A stretch of 38,382 nt of DNA from a virus (lineage: Duplodnaviria > Caudoviricetes). The position numbers and the translations under genes were made by a program. The stretch is taken from the IMG/VR virus record IMGVR_UViG_3300044770_000090, positions 1 through 38,382 of that record. One strand, 5' to 3'. This document shows, in pieces, positions 15,718 to 25,219 of this stretch. Under the pieces are notes generated by a model. The model made no database searches. It saw nothing but the letters and a program-made list of their open reading frames with translations, and was not told where the DNA came from. Every line of letters starts with the position of its first letter. The stretch's first letter is position 1.

Positions 15718-16011
15718 TTACTTGCCTCCTTCCGGTGACGACGCCTGCAGGTCGGGCCCCGCGGTGGCGGCCTTGGCGGCTTCGGCTTCCTTGTCGCGCA
15801 CGGCCTGGCGCTTGCGCAGCGTCGCGGCCAGGCCGGCGTCCGCGGTTGAGAACTCCTTGGGCCGGCGCTCGCACAGCTCGATCGCCAGCTCCTCGGGGAC
15901 GTCGGTGTCCTTGCCCCGGAGGAAGTTGTAGATCCCGCCGCGCTTCTGCTTGGCCTGCAGCCCGACTTTCGGGCCGTGGTAGGTGACCTTGACGCTCTTT
16001 GCTACTTCCAT
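15718..16011 (-). CDS. Small hypothetical tail-module protein (97 aa)
   Basis: RBS GGAGG; VKVTY.GP...F.RG....VPEELA..L pattern common just before tube genes. Confidence 0.7.
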   Translation of the reverse strand: MEVAKSVKVTYHGPKVGLQAKQKRGGIYNFLRGKDTDVPEELAIELCERRPKEFSTADAGLAATLRKRQAVRDKEAEAAKAATAGPDLQASSPEGGK

Positions 16012-16021
16012 CGCAACCTCC

Positions 16022-16960
16022 CTAAATGCGCCCGCGGGCGTACCGCGCGCGCGCTTCGATGATGACGTCGCCGATGCCCTCGGGCTTGGTGAGCTGGTCG
16101 TCGGTCTCGCGCGGATCGGCCACGCGGACGTTGAGCCCTTCGATGTGATCCGCCGAGAACCCAAGACGCTGCGGATCCATCTCGACCGCCTTGACGACGT
16201 CGCCCTGCAGGCGCACCACGCGCAGCTGGGCGTCATCGACGTTCACGAAGCATCGCAGGCGGATCCCGATCACCCCGTCGCGCTGGCGCGCGGTGTCGCC
16301 CAAAACCGCGTTGCCGCGTTCCGCCACAATCACGGCCTCCACCGACACCGCAGGGCACGCCGTGAGCTGGTCTCTCATCGCGGGGAGCAGGTACACCGAC
16401 TCATTGAGCAAGGTGTTGTGGAAGCCGCTCGCGCGCGCGATACCTTTGAGGCGCGCCACCACCGCATCGAACACGGCCTCAAGCAACGGCACGAACAGCG
16501 CAACCACGTACGACGACGTATCCGCGCGGACGCGGACGATCTTAGATCCTGCGCTGTCGTCGTCTTTGCTCTCAAGCGATAGCCGCAGGCGCGACGCGCC
16601 CTGGGGCCAGGTGAGCGAGAGTGTCGCGGTCTTCACACCGGTGCTGTTGAACGTAGCCGAGTAGGCCGAGTTGGCCACCACGGCACAGCTCGGGCCCACC
16701 GCCTGCACCCGGAAGCGGTACGACGTCGCGGCCGACAGCAGGGTCACGTTGAGCGACACGTCGAACTCGGTGAGCCCCGGCACGGCGTCCTCCGGGACGT
16801 TCGCGTCGAACGACATGCGCTCGACAAACGCAGCCGACGCGATCTCGCTGTTGGCGTTGCCGCCGCTCCCCACCACACGAGCCAGATCGAACGGCACGTG
16901 CGCACCGTCGCACTGAGGGTCGGTGTTGACGTTGTGGAGGTAGAGCTTCGTGGCTGGCAT
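16022..16960 (-). CDS. Tail terminator (lambda gpU-like) with an extra N-terminal ~155-aa beta domain (312 aa)
   Basis: C-half EAVFDAVVARLKGI....GFHNTL...PAVSV...DVVKAVEMDP; TGATG coupling; syntenic position. Confidence 0.65.
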   Translation of the reverse strand: MPATKLYLHNVNTDPQCDGAHVPFDLARVVGSGGNANSEIASAAFVERMSFDANVPEDAVPGLTEFDVSLNVTLLSAATSYRFRVQAVGPSCAVVANSAYSATFNSTGVKTATLSLTWPQGASRLRLSLESKDDDSAGSKIVRVRADTSSYVVALFVPLLEAVFDAVVARLKGIARASGFHNTLLNESVYLLPAMRDQLTACPAVSVEAVIVAERGNAVLGDTARQRDGVIGIRLRCFVNVDDAQLRVVRLQGDVVKAVEMDPQRLGFSADHIEGLNVRVADPRETDDQLTKPEGIGDVIIEARARYARGRI

Positions 16961-17427
16961 CAGAGCAGCCCGCCTGTGAACACGATCGGCCGGCGGATGA
17001 CGTCGTGCAGCAGCGCGATCCCCTGGGGGAGCGTGGTTTCGATCGCGTTTCGGGTGAAGCGCTTCTCGGTGATCCGCGAGCCGGGGTGATGGACGCGGCG
17101 GGCGAAGACGACCCGTCCGCCGATGATGAAGCGCAGCGCCTTCGCGTTGCGCGGCTCGATCACGTGGGGCTTGGTGGTCCCGCCGAACTCGTGGATCCGG
17201 GCGTAGGGCTTCGGGATGCGGATGCGCAGCTGGCTGTTGCCGATCACCGAGTGGTGCGTGACCTTGCGCATGCCCCCGGCGCTGTGGGTCTTGAACACGT
17301 CGGTCTGGTTGCGCTGGGTCTGCCCGACGATGAGAACGCCCCACTTGTTGAGCGCCGCGCGCTTGCCGGCACCGCGGATCGCCACCGCGGCAGCACGGAA
17401 ACTCTTGGCCAGCTCGTCGGACTTCAT
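16960..17427 (-). CDS. Neck / virion morphogenesis protein (HK97 gp10 / Mu gpG-like, 155 aa)
   Basis: YARIHEFGG.TKPH.I.PRNAKALRF...VFARRV.HPG motif. Confidence 0.85.
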   Translation of the reverse strand: MKSDELAKSFRAAAVAIRGAGKRAALNKWGVLIVGQTQRNQTDVFKTHSAGGMRKVTHHSVIGNSQLRIRIPKPYARIHEFGGTTKPHVIEPRNAKALRFIIGGRVVFARRVHHPGSRITEKRFTRNAIETTLPQGIALLHDVIRRPIVFTGGLL

Positions 17428-18023
17428 CCGAAGATCCCCCGCGACTGCTTGAACGGCTTGAGCCCCTTGATGACCGCGGGCAGCAGCGCCACCGGCTCCA
17501 CGTACACCACCGAGCCGTCTGGAAGCGTGCGCGTCTGCACGCCCTGGTTCTTGCGCACGTTCCACTCGTAACCGATCTGGCGCCTGGTGAGCATCTTCAC
17601 CATGTCGGGGGTGGCGGCCCAATTCAGCACGTAGAGCACGCGGAGCGACTGGGGCCACTCCAGAAACGGGACGAAGGCTTTGCGGATGACGATCCCCGCG
17701 GGCCCGTCGAGCACGTACTCGGTCGCGGCGATGAGGGTGCCGGCACCGAAGGCCTGGTCGATGTCCTCGTACAGGGCGTCGATTTGTTTGACGTTGCGAT
17801 GAGGCAGCCCGATCCGATCGGTGCCCGGCCCGTCGAGGGTCACCGTGTGGACGGTGGCGTCATCGAACGCGATCGGGACGCTGGCCGCGTTCACCATGCC
17901 GACCTCGCGCAGGATCGCATCTGACACCGCCGCGACCGCCGCCGTGAGAAACCCATCCGAGCCGCTGGTGTTTTCCAGCTGCAGCCAGGTCTTGGTTTCG
18001 TCTACGGTCACCAGATTGGGCAT
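17424..18023 (-). CDS. Head-tail connector (HK97 gp6 / SPP1 gp15-like)
   Basis: LVTVDETK.WL...D.FL...V.AVS; DGPG...I.LP; V.Y...W...P.MVK; L.PF C-terminus. Confidence 0.85.
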   Translation of the reverse strand: MPNLVTVDETKTWLQLENTSGSDGFLTAAVAAVSDAILREVGMVNAASVPIAFDDATVHTVTLDGPGTDRIGLPHRNVKQIDALYEDIDQAFGAGTLIAATEYVLDGPAGIVIRKAFVPFLEWPQSLRVLYVLNWAATPDMVKMLTRRQIGYEWNVRKNQGVQTRTLPDGSVVYVEPVALLPAVIKGLKPFKQSRGIFG

Positions 18024-18129
18024 GGGTCACTCGTGAAATAGGGGCACCGCCGCGCGAGCCGTGGAGGGGTAGCCGGGAGCTGCTAGTCGGAGACCCTGGG
18101 CCAACGGACGCGCAGCGGTGCCCAACCTG

Positions 18130-18483
18130 TCACCCCCGACGCGATCGCTCGCGGGTCTTTTCCGGACCCCGGGGGGGATTGCCGATCTTGCGGTCCTGGT
18201 GATCGCCGGGACCCTTCTGCTTCTTGGGCTCCTTGCGATCGCCGTCGCCGTCGCCGCCGACCTCATCGCCCTCGATCACTTCGGCGACTTCCTTTTCGCG
18301 GACCCAAGTGTCCGCCAGCGCGGAATCCACCAGCAGCTCGTCGCCGGGCTTGTGGGGCCCGACTTTCTTGGTGATGCGGATGCGCACGCCGGGGTCACCG
18401 GCTTCGAGCCGGATGTTCGAGGGGGGCTTGGCTTCCTTGATCGATTCGATCGTGATGCCGCTCTTTCGTGCCGCCTGTCCCAT
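18130..18483 (-). CDS. Small post-capsid hypothetical protein (start may be 18498)
   Basis: IRITK....KPGD...VD...A..W pattern and charged tail; follows the major capsid gene. Confidence 0.7.
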   Translation of the reverse strand: MGQAARKSGITIESIKEAKPPSNIRLEAGDPGVRIRITKKVGPHKPGDELLVDSALADTWVREKEVAEVIEGDEVGGDGDGDRKEPKKQKGPGDHQDRKIGNPPRGPEKTRERSRRG

Positions 18484-18518
18484 GTCCTCAGCTCCCATTC
18501 CCGCGATTCGTGGGACTG

Positions 18519-18549
18519 CCCCCGGCGAGGATCGCGACCTCGCCGGGGG
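18519..18549 (-). terminator. 12-bp perfect hairpin after the major capsid gene
   Basis: CCCCCGGCGAGG-N7-CCTCGCCGGGGG; no U-tract. Confidence 0.6.
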
Positions 18550-18564
18550 ACGTTCCTTTACGCC

Positions 18565-20076
18565 TTACGCCACGACCTCGATGTTCGAGAGCTTCGAGAA
18601 ATACTCCGGGACCCAGCACACGAACCCGGTGCGCTGGAGCATGCGGAGCAGGATCTGGCCCTTCTTGAAGGGCCCCTCGGCGTACGGGTTGATGGAGAAC
18701 TCCGTGCCCATTCGCTCCCCGAAGACCATGAACGTCGGGTCGCCGTGGAACGCCGTGGTCTCGTTGGTCTGCGTCGCACCGCGGTTCCGGCGGATCTTCG
18801 AGGTCGGGTACAGCCGCTGCCGACCGGAGCGCTCCGGGGCATCGCCCGTCACGTCGAAGATCACCTGCGCGGCGACGGTGCCCGCGCTGATGACCGCCTG
18901 CACCAGGTCGCGCACGACCCACGGGTGGCACCAGATCGCCCCAGCGCGCACCGTGGTCCAGTGCTCGCCGGCGTAGCGCATCTTGAGCCACGAGGCGAGC
19001 GCGAGCGCGACACCGGCGTCCGAGGCCGCGCCGGCGTTGTTGACGTTCGCCACACCCGTGGTCCCGAAGACGCCGAGCCAGTTGGGGGCCACGCCGTCAC
19101 CCTCGAGCGCCAGGCCATCCTGCGTCCGACCCAACACGCGGATCAGATGCGCCATGACGAAGTCCATGAGGTTGACGATGTTGTCCTGGATCAGCTCGAT
19201 CGAGATCGTCACCATCGCGCCGAAGCGGCGCGCGATGAGCTGGTTGTTTCCGAACGTCCCTTCCGAGTCCGCGATGGTCTGCGCTTCGTTGTCGATCGTG
19301 ACGGTGAAGTCCGACGCCAGATCGGGCAGATCGTGCTGGTCGGACTGCATCTGGATCACGGTCGGGCCCGCTGCGCGCACCACCGAGAACTCCTTCATCA
19401 GCTCGCCGATGACGGGCTCTGTGATGAGGGGCACCAGGAACCCGCCTTCGGCTCCCGTTCCCTCGGCCAGCGCCGCACGCTGGTCGGGAGGGAACATCCC
19501 GTACATGCCCTCGTCGAGCGCCGCGCGCAGCTTGTCGGCCGCGGTGGCGTGCTTCTGGGCTTTCTCGGAGTTGCCCTTCTGGGCCTCGAGGTAGCCCTTC
19601 ACGCGCTGCTGGAACCATCCCCCCAGCGCGGTGTAGAGCACCGGGTCCATGTTCGCGAGCGCGACCTGGCTGCGCCCACGCTGCACCCGCACCACACCCT
19701 CTTCCACCGTCGGGAGCATGACCTCGCCCCCGGTGATGCCGGCGACGCGCGGGATCCAGGACTTCAGCTCCTCGGGCATCGCCTCGACGATCGCGTCACG
19801 CCGGCGCGAGGTCGAGCCGTACCGCGCGCGATCGAGCTGCTTTTTCACCTGCTCGGCGGTCTCGTTGGCGGTCTTGATCTTCTCGTCCATGCCCTTGAGC
19901 AGCGCGGCGACGTCGGTGTCTCCGCCGATCTGCCCGAGGCTCTTCTTCACGCCGCCGACGACGTCCTTGAACTCGTCCATCGACGTGAAGTACTTGTCGA
20001 GCTTCTTCTCGAGCTGCTTGTAGAGCGCGGCGGTCTGGGCTTCCGTGCTCTGAGTTTCCTGCGTCGCTTCCGGCAT
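18565..20076 (-). CDS. Major capsid protein, HK97 fold (503 aa)
   Basis: Coiled-coil delta domain, then EGTGAEGGFLVP, IS.ELIQD, L.GDG..P...GV motifs; RBS GGAGG. Confidence 0.93.
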   Translation of the reverse strand: MPEATQETQSTEAQTAALYKQLEKKLDKYFTSMDEFKDVVGGVKKSLGQIGGDTDVAALLKGMDEKIKTANETAEQVKKQLDRARYGSTSRRRDAIVEAMPEELKSWIPRVAGITGGEVMLPTVEEGVVRVQRGRSQVALANMDPVLYTALGGWFQQRVKGYLEAQKGNSEKAQKHATAADKLRAALDEGMYGMFPPDQRAALAEGTGAEGGFLVPLITEPVIGELMKEFSVVRAAGPTVIQMQSDQHDLPDLASDFTVTIDNEAQTIADSEGTFGNNQLIARRFGAMVTISIELIQDNIVNLMDFVMAHLIRVLGRTQDGLALEGDGVAPNWLGVFGTTGVANVNNAGAASDAGVALALASWLKMRYAGEHWTTVRAGAIWCHPWVVRDLVQAVISAGTVAAQVIFDVTGDAPERSGRQRLYPTSKIRRNRGATQTNETTAFHGDPTFMVFGERMGTEFSINPYAEGPFKKGQILLRMLQRTGFVCWVPEYFSKLSNIEVVA

Positions 20077-20142
20077 CGCTTCCTCCAAACACGAGATGGT
20101 GTTGACCTGCACCGCGCTCCTGTCGCGCGTGTGGGAATTTGC

Positions 20143-20571
20143 CTATGGCTTGCTGAGCACCGCGAACGACGGAACGGTGCGCGTCCTGAACGCCTTGGGT
20201 CCCTTGTTGAGATGGAACACGACGGCGAGCGGGACTGACGGTGTGCCCGAGGCGATCGTGCAGAGCGCGCGATAGAACGGCTTGTCCTTGTCGTTGAGCT
20301 TGACGCCGCCCATGCGGACCGCCACGTCGTTCGCCGTGGTGATCTGTGGGAAGGCCGCCACGGTGATGTCCTCGTACGTGCCCCCCACCGTCGCGCTCTT
20401 CTGGATCTTGACGTCGAGGGTGGTGGTCGCCGACATGGTCCCGACGTTCAGCTCGACGTCAAGCTCGTCGTAACCGCTGAGGTCCTGGCCCGTCGGCGTC
20501 ACCGTCGCCGTGGCTGTCTGCGGCGCGACGTGCTGGAGGACCTGCGTTTCATCGAAGTTTCTGCTGCTCAT
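20143..20571 (-). CDS. Head decoration/cement protein (142 aa)
   Basis: G.DLSGYD...V.LNVG.....TLDVKIQ.S.T..G.Y.DI..A.F.Q.T...FYRA pattern; ATGA coupling to the protease. Confidence 0.7.
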   Translation of the reverse strand: MSSRNFDETQVLQHVAPQTATATVTPTGQDLSGYDELDVELNVGTMSATTTLDVKIQKSATVGGTYEDITVAAFPQITTANDVAVRMGGVKLNDKDKPFYRALCTIASGTPSVPLAVVFHLNKGPKAFRTRTVPSFAVLSKP

Positions 20572-21440
20572 TCGTTCCTCCGTGCAGTGGCGCGCGCGAG
20601 TAAGAGCCGCGCGTCGACGTGTGCGTTCATCGCCTTGAGGCCCGACGTCACGCTGCTGGCTCCCGTTTCCGAGTGCGAGTGCGTGCGGCCCAGCCCCTCG
20701 ACCGATCTCAGTGCGTTGGGGTTCGCCGGGACGGCGACCCAGGAACATTCCCAAAGATCCTGCTCGGTGAACTCGTACCCGACGAAGGTCCCGTCGTCCG
20801 GGTCCTCAATGCGGGCCCAGTCCCACGGACGGAAACCAACAGACACCGCCCACACCGACCCCGCGAGGATTTTGCGGAAGGTCATGTCGGCCGTGTCGTT
20901 CATCCCTTCGGCGTCGAAGTGTCCGTCGGCCAGAAGCGCCGGGGGGCCTGACTCCTTGCGCGCGTTGTTCCACAGACCGGTGAGTGCGGCGATCGAGTAG
21001 TCGTGATCGATCAGCATGGGCCCGTACTTGCGGAAGTCTTTGAGCTTCCAGCCTGAGACGCGGATGATGTCGCGGTAGCGGTCCTGGGTCTCGTCCGACA
21101 TCGTGACGTCGGTCACGATCCGATCGGCCTGGTTGACTTTGCGCACGCGCGCCGGTGTGGCGATGGTGCTCTCGCACTGGAGGATGAAGCGCCCGTCGGG
21201 GAGATCGCGCTTGACAACACGGCCGGAGTCCACCAGCTCGCCGAAGCGCTTCTCGCTGCGAAATGCTGGCGAGGCCTCAACCGCGTATGCGGTGCGCTGG
21301 GCGAGCAGCTCGCGCAGATCCTTCAGATCGCGCGACACGCTTTGGCGACACTCTTCCCCATCACCACGCTCGCAGGCACACGATCGCTGCTGAGCGTCGC
21401 TGGGGGTTTGATCGTCCGGCTTCTTGTCTTCCTGCGGCAC
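20568..21440 (-). CDS. HK97-family prohead maturation protease
   Basis: SDET.DRYRDII...GW, L.DHD, AVSVGF.P, L.E.SWV.VPANPNAL motifs. Confidence 0.92.
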   Translation of the reverse strand: MPQEDKKPDDQTPSDAQQRSCACERGDGEECRQSVSRDLKDLRELLAQRTAYAVEASPAFRSEKRFGELVDSGRVVKRDLPDGRFILQCESTIATPARVRKVNQADRIVTDVTMSDETQDRYRDIIRVSGWKLKDFRKYGPMLIDHDYSIAALTGLWNNARKESGPPALLADGHFDAEGMNDTADMTFRKILAGSVWAVSVGFRPWDWARIEDPDDGTFVGYEFTEQDLWECSWVAVPANPNALRSVEGLGRTHSHSETGASSVTSGLKAMNAHVDARLLLARATARRNE

Positions 21441-21454
21441 GTGTTGCGCTCGGT

Positions 21455-21503
21455 GTCGCAGCTCCGGGGAAGAGACTAGCGAGGGGCGGAGCTAGGGGTC
21501 AAT
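21455..21503 (-). promoter_or_regulatory. Late-promoter motif copy 2: TTGACC-N18-TAGTCT, upstream of the protease/capsid genes
   Basis: Near-identical to 5503-5551. Confidence 0.8.
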
Positions 21504-21508
21504 CCGGC

Positions 21509-21760
21509 CTACAGGATGTTCCCGCACGTCGCGCACTCGAGCAGGGGCTCGTCGTCGGTGTCGCGGCGCAGACGGAACGTGACTCCGGCGCACTCGGGGC
21601 ACGGGATGAGGCCGTTTTCGTCGTAGGGATCCGGGTCCAGCACCAGGCCGATCGCGCGGCATTCCAGAGTGATCGATTTGCGAAACGGCACCACCTTGGC
21701 GGAGGCGCGTTCGCGGCACCTGCGCCGGCGTTCGGCGTGTTTGCGCCGGCGCGCGGCCAT
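21509..21760 (-). CDS. Basic Zn-ribbon protein (83 aa)
   Basis: Arg-rich N-terminus, CPEC...CATC; starts directly after the portal stop. Confidence 0.65.
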   Translation of the reverse strand: MAARRRKHAERRRRCRERASAKVVPFRKSITLECRAIGLVLDPDPYDENGLIPCPECAGVTFRLRRDTDDEPLLECATCGNIL

Positions 21761-21762
21761 AC

Positions 21763-23952
21763 TCACGAGGTCACAGGCAGACAGACACAGTGACAATTCA
21801 TCGATTCCTCTGGGGGGGCCCCCGGCTCCTGGGGCCACCTCAAGCCGTTGGGGAACGGCTCGCCCAGGTTGCGCACCTCGCCGTCCTGGGCGGCGTGGCT
21901 GGGGCGGACGTTCGACATGCGCGAGGTGAGCCACTCGCTCTTGCCGATGCCGGCCTCCTGCATCGCCACGTAGCGGGCGTTGCCGAAGACCGACCCGACC
22001 TCGGTCTCCGCCACCACCTTCGCCTGGCCGACGTAGGCCTCCCGGTGGACGGCGTGGACGCGCTCGACGATCTGGGAGGTGCTCTCGCCTTTGTCGATCC
22101 CCGTTCCGATGGCGTCTGTGATGCGGTCGCGCGCGCGGATGCTGGCCCCGACGATCTTCTGAGTGCGCGCGGCAAGCAGCGCCAGGACCCTGGGATCCGC
22201 ACCCTCGAACGCGATGTCCAGGCCGACCTGGTCCATGAGCGACTGCCACCCGATCTTGGCCGCAAGCAACGCGGCCGCCTTCACGCGCTCGAGCGCCGTG
22301 CGCCCGACCTCGCTTTCCGGCGGGACGAGGTTGTCGCCAGCGGCGCGGCACAGAAGACCGCGGATGTTCGGGTAGGCCTGCTTGCCAGGGTCGAGCGCCT
22401 GGCCCAGCTCCCCGCCCTTCTCCGCGTCGGCCTCCTGGATGCGGCGGATCGTGTCATCGCGCATCCAGGTCAGAAACGATCGCCACCGGCCCAGGTAGAC
22501 GCGCTCGACGCTGGCGCGCTTGCGCTCCATGCCCCGCCACAGCGCAGCCCGGATCGTCTCGCTCGACGGCCAGGCGCCGCGGTGCAGACGGGAACGCCGG
22601 CGGCGCACGCCTGCCCCCTCGCCCTCGCCAGCGCCGTCGCCTCCCTCGCTGAGCAAGTCCCCGCCTCCCTCGAGTAAGTCCTCGGCCGGCATCATGCCGA
22701 TCGGCATCCACCCGGTCTCGAGCCAGGGCTTGCCCTCGGTGTTGAGCGTGATCCCCACCGTGCCGTACGCATCCACCGGCGGGATCCCGTCGGTCACCAT
22801 CACATGCGCCGACGCGATGGCGGAGCGGCGCTCCTCGGGCATCACCTCGGCGAACTTCTGCTCCCAGAGGTAGCGGAAGAGCACCCGCGGGTAGTAGACC
22901 TTGAGGATGCGCTCCTGGATGATGCCGGAGACCATGGTGGCGCGGTTGTGGATCGTGCCGCCCCAGAAGAAGCGCAGCTCGCTGGTGCTGATCGATCGGT
23001 TCGCGTCCTCGGTGAACCCCGCGACCGACATGGGCACCCCGTAGATCGCCATGATCTGCTTGGTGGAGAGCATCTGGGTCGCCATCCACTCCGCGTCGCG
23101 CTGGTTGACGGCGATCGTGCGCAGCTCGGTGCCCTGGAAGAGAAACGGGATCTTCCAGAAGCGCCGGAGCCCCGTGAACTTCTGCTCGAAGTCGTTGCGC
23201 ATCCGCTTGAGCTCGTCTTTGTCGGGCTCGGGGACGTCCTTCGGAGCGTAGTAGTAAAACGGCGGCATCCCCCCCTGGCCGTAGAACAACTCCTGGGATT
23301 TTGTGCTCTTCCAGGAGAGCGAGTACGACAGGCGCGCGGCCGACAGCGGACTCAGACCATCGTGCGGCTCGTCGGGGTGGAAGTAGAGGAACGGCACGAT
23401 CTCCTCGGGCAGATACCGGCGCTGCTTGCCGCGGTCGCTGTGTTTCCACCCCAGCAGCTCGCGCGTCCCTTCGGCCTCGTCGGGCGTGACGTCGCCGCGC
23501 AGCAGTTCGATCCCTTGTGGCTCGCGCGCGCCGTCTCCGATCCCAAGCAACCGCCAGAACGCCTTGCCCTTGAGATCGAGAAGCGCGTACGTGCCTTCGA
23601 GCAGCTGCGCCGTGATCATCTGGTAGAGGTCGTGTGTCTCGAAGTCACGCTGCTGCGCCTGGCCGCGCCCGGTGTCTTCCGACAGGACCCAGTCGAGCGC
23701 CGCGGCTGAGGTCGCGATCCGGGACACCGCCACGTAGACCGACCAGACCTGCGTGTACGGATCGGCCGGCACGTCGAAGAGGATCTGGTACTCGGCACCG
23801 CGGCGGAAGATGCTCTCGAAGCTCAGCGCGCCCTTGGTCTGCATCTCGTGCAGCAGCGCGCCCATGGCCTGGCGCGTCGGCGAGTGCCGCCCCTGGCTCT
23901 TCACCGGCAAAGTGCGCGATCGTGTGGAGGTCCGCTTCACGGGAACGGGCAT
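21763..23952 (-). CDS. Portal protein fused to a MuF / SPP1 gp7 head-morphogenesis domain (729 aa)
   Basis: Portal motifs VYVAVSRIA, GKAFW, GLSPL, I.AIYGVP; C-terminal A.TE......R....K.EW.T....VRPSH...DGE.......F..GL.WP..P...PEE..NC.C. Confidence 0.9.
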   Translation of the reverse strand: MPVPVKRTSTRSRTLPVKSQGRHSPTRQAMGALLHEMQTKGALSFESIFRRGAEYQILFDVPADPYTQVWSVYVAVSRIATSAAALDWVLSEDTGRGQAQQRDFETHDLYQMITAQLLEGTYALLDLKGKAFWRLLGIGDGAREPQGIELLRGDVTPDEAEGTRELLGWKHSDRGKQRRYLPEEIVPFLYFHPDEPHDGLSPLSAARLSYSLSWKSTKSQELFYGQGGMPPFYYYAPKDVPEPDKDELKRMRNDFEQKFTGLRRFWKIPFLFQGTELRTIAVNQRDAEWMATQMLSTKQIMAIYGVPMSVAGFTEDANRSISTSELRFFWGGTIHNRATMVSGIIQERILKVYYPRVLFRYLWEQKFAEVMPEERRSAIASAHVMVTDGIPPVDAYGTVGITLNTEGKPWLETGWMPIGMMPAEDLLEGGGDLLSEGGDGAGEGEGAGVRRRRSRLHRGAWPSSETIRAALWRGMERKRASVERVYLGRWRSFLTWMRDDTIRRIQEADAEKGGELGQALDPGKQAYPNIRGLLCRAAGDNLVPPESEVGRTALERVKAAALLAAKIGWQSLMDQVGLDIAFEGADPRVLALLAARTQKIVGASIRARDRITDAIGTGIDKGESTSQIVERVHAVHREAYVGQAKVVAETEVGSVFGNARYVAMQEAGIGKSEWLTSRMSNVRPSHAAQDGEVRNLGEPFPNGLRWPQEPGAPPEESMNCHCVCLPVTS

Positions 23953-23962
23953 CGGTCTCCCC

Positions 23963-25219
23963 TCAGTCGATGAGCATGAGGCGTCGCGCCATCTTCTGCG
24001 CCGCCCAGTTTCCGATCACGAGCGCCATGACGGTGTCGTCGTGCGAGCCGCTCTTGGCGCTGTACGAGAACGCGCCGCCGGGATTCCTCTTGGCGCGGTA
24101 CGCGCGCAGCTCGGCCTGCAACGGCGACAGCGGCGCCAGGCGCATCCGCCCGAACTCGATGTCACCGGCGGTCAGCATCACGGCGTCGTTCTTGAGCTTG
24201 GGTTCCGTCGTCCACGGCCGCACCGAGACTTTACCGCGCTTGCGCAGCCGGTGATAGAGCGGACGGCCGGGTCCGTTGATCTCGATGTAGATGGTCGCGT
24301 TGTTCCAGAGCTTGGCGTAGTTCTCGGCGCGGATGACCTGGTCGTCGTAGTCGATCCGGTGGAAGCGATCCATCCCGGTGATGTCGATCGTCTTGCGGCC
24401 GATGGGCACGGGCATGAGAACCGTGAAGTCCTGGGCTTCTGCGACGTCCATGCCGATCGCGTAGCTCACGCCCCGCTGAGGTCCGGTCGGCGCGAGAGTG
24501 GTGCGCTCCTCCACGCGGCGGAACACGGCCTCGAGCGATTCGATCCATTTCGCCTCGTAGAGCGCCTCGAACATCCACGTCGGCAGGCTGCCGCGCTGTT
24601 CGTCGATCCACTTGTGGTACTCGCGTCCCTCGTGGGTCGCATCGCCCCCCAGCGCGTTCCACTTGTCGGTCCAGGTCCACTTCCTGAAAAACGAGTACTC
24701 GGCGCGGGCTGGATCTTCGGCGTGCTCGCAGATGTCGAAGAACGGGCCGTCGACGTCTCCCGTGTTGCCGATGTAGCGGATCGGGCCGAGTGTGGACGCC
24801 ATGCGCGAGGTGATCGCCTTGCGCGCGAGTGCGGTCAGCTCGTGGGCCTCGTCGACGGCAGCCGCGTAGACGGTGGGGCCCGTCATGTTCCCGGGAGAGT
24901 CCCACGAGCGAAACTCGATCCGACTCCCGTTGACCAGACCAATCGCCGGAGGTTTTCCGGCAGAGGGGCTCTCTCTCTTCCACGCCTGCACGCCCGAGGA
25001 AAGCGTCAACTGGTCGTGGATGGTGAATCCGGCCATCGTCGAGGCGTACGTCGGTGCGCACCACCAGGTCAGCGGAGCGCAGCTCGCCCAGGTGTAGCCC
25101 AGCAGCCAGCACGCGATCCCGACGGTCTTTCCAACCTGCGGAGCGCTCAGCACGACACCCTCACGCCTCGTATCCAGAACGAGGTCCTGCTGGTAGTCGT
25201 ACAGCGGGGGCAAACGCAA
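23963..25219 (-). CDS. terL: Terminase large subunit (start uncertain; TTG at 25219 assumed)
   Basis: Walker A PQVGKT, APTY, Walker B AAVDEA, RNase-H-like GMDVA...DFT, IEING, HDD.VMA. Confidence 0.9.
   Translation of the reverse strand: MRLPPLYDYQQDLVLDTRREGVVLSAPQVGKTVGIACWLLGYTWASCAPLTWWCAPTYASTMAGFTIHDQLTLSSGVQAWKRESPSAGKPPAIGLVNGSRIEFRSWDSPGNMTGPTVYAAAVDEAHELTALARKAITSRMASTLGPIRYIGNTGDVDGPFFDICEHAEDPARAEYSFFRKWTWTDKWNALGGDATHEGREYHKWIDEQRGSLPTWMFEALYEAKWIESLEAVFRRVEERTTLAPTGPQRGVSYAIGMDVAEAQDFTVLMPVPIGRKTIDITGMDRFHRIDYDDQVIRAENYAKLWNNATIYIEINGPGRPLYHRLRKRGKVSVRPWTTEPKLKNDAVMLTAGDIEFGRMRLAPLSPLQAELRAYRAKRNPGGAFSYSAKSGSHDDTVMALVIGNWAAQKMARRLMLID

Noticed and set aside
18060-18100. Fourth copy of the CTAG late-promoter motif upstream of the head-tail connector
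   Set aside because: Only one CTAG, wrong spacing to the nearby GTAG, and no -35-like hexamer
18118-20238. 706-aa plus-strand ORF, and other long plus-strand ORFs such as 23753-25276, 36849-38249 and 26047-27288
   Set aside because: Antisense shadows of well-supported minus-strand genes; long stop-free frames are expected at this GC content and the products have no motifs
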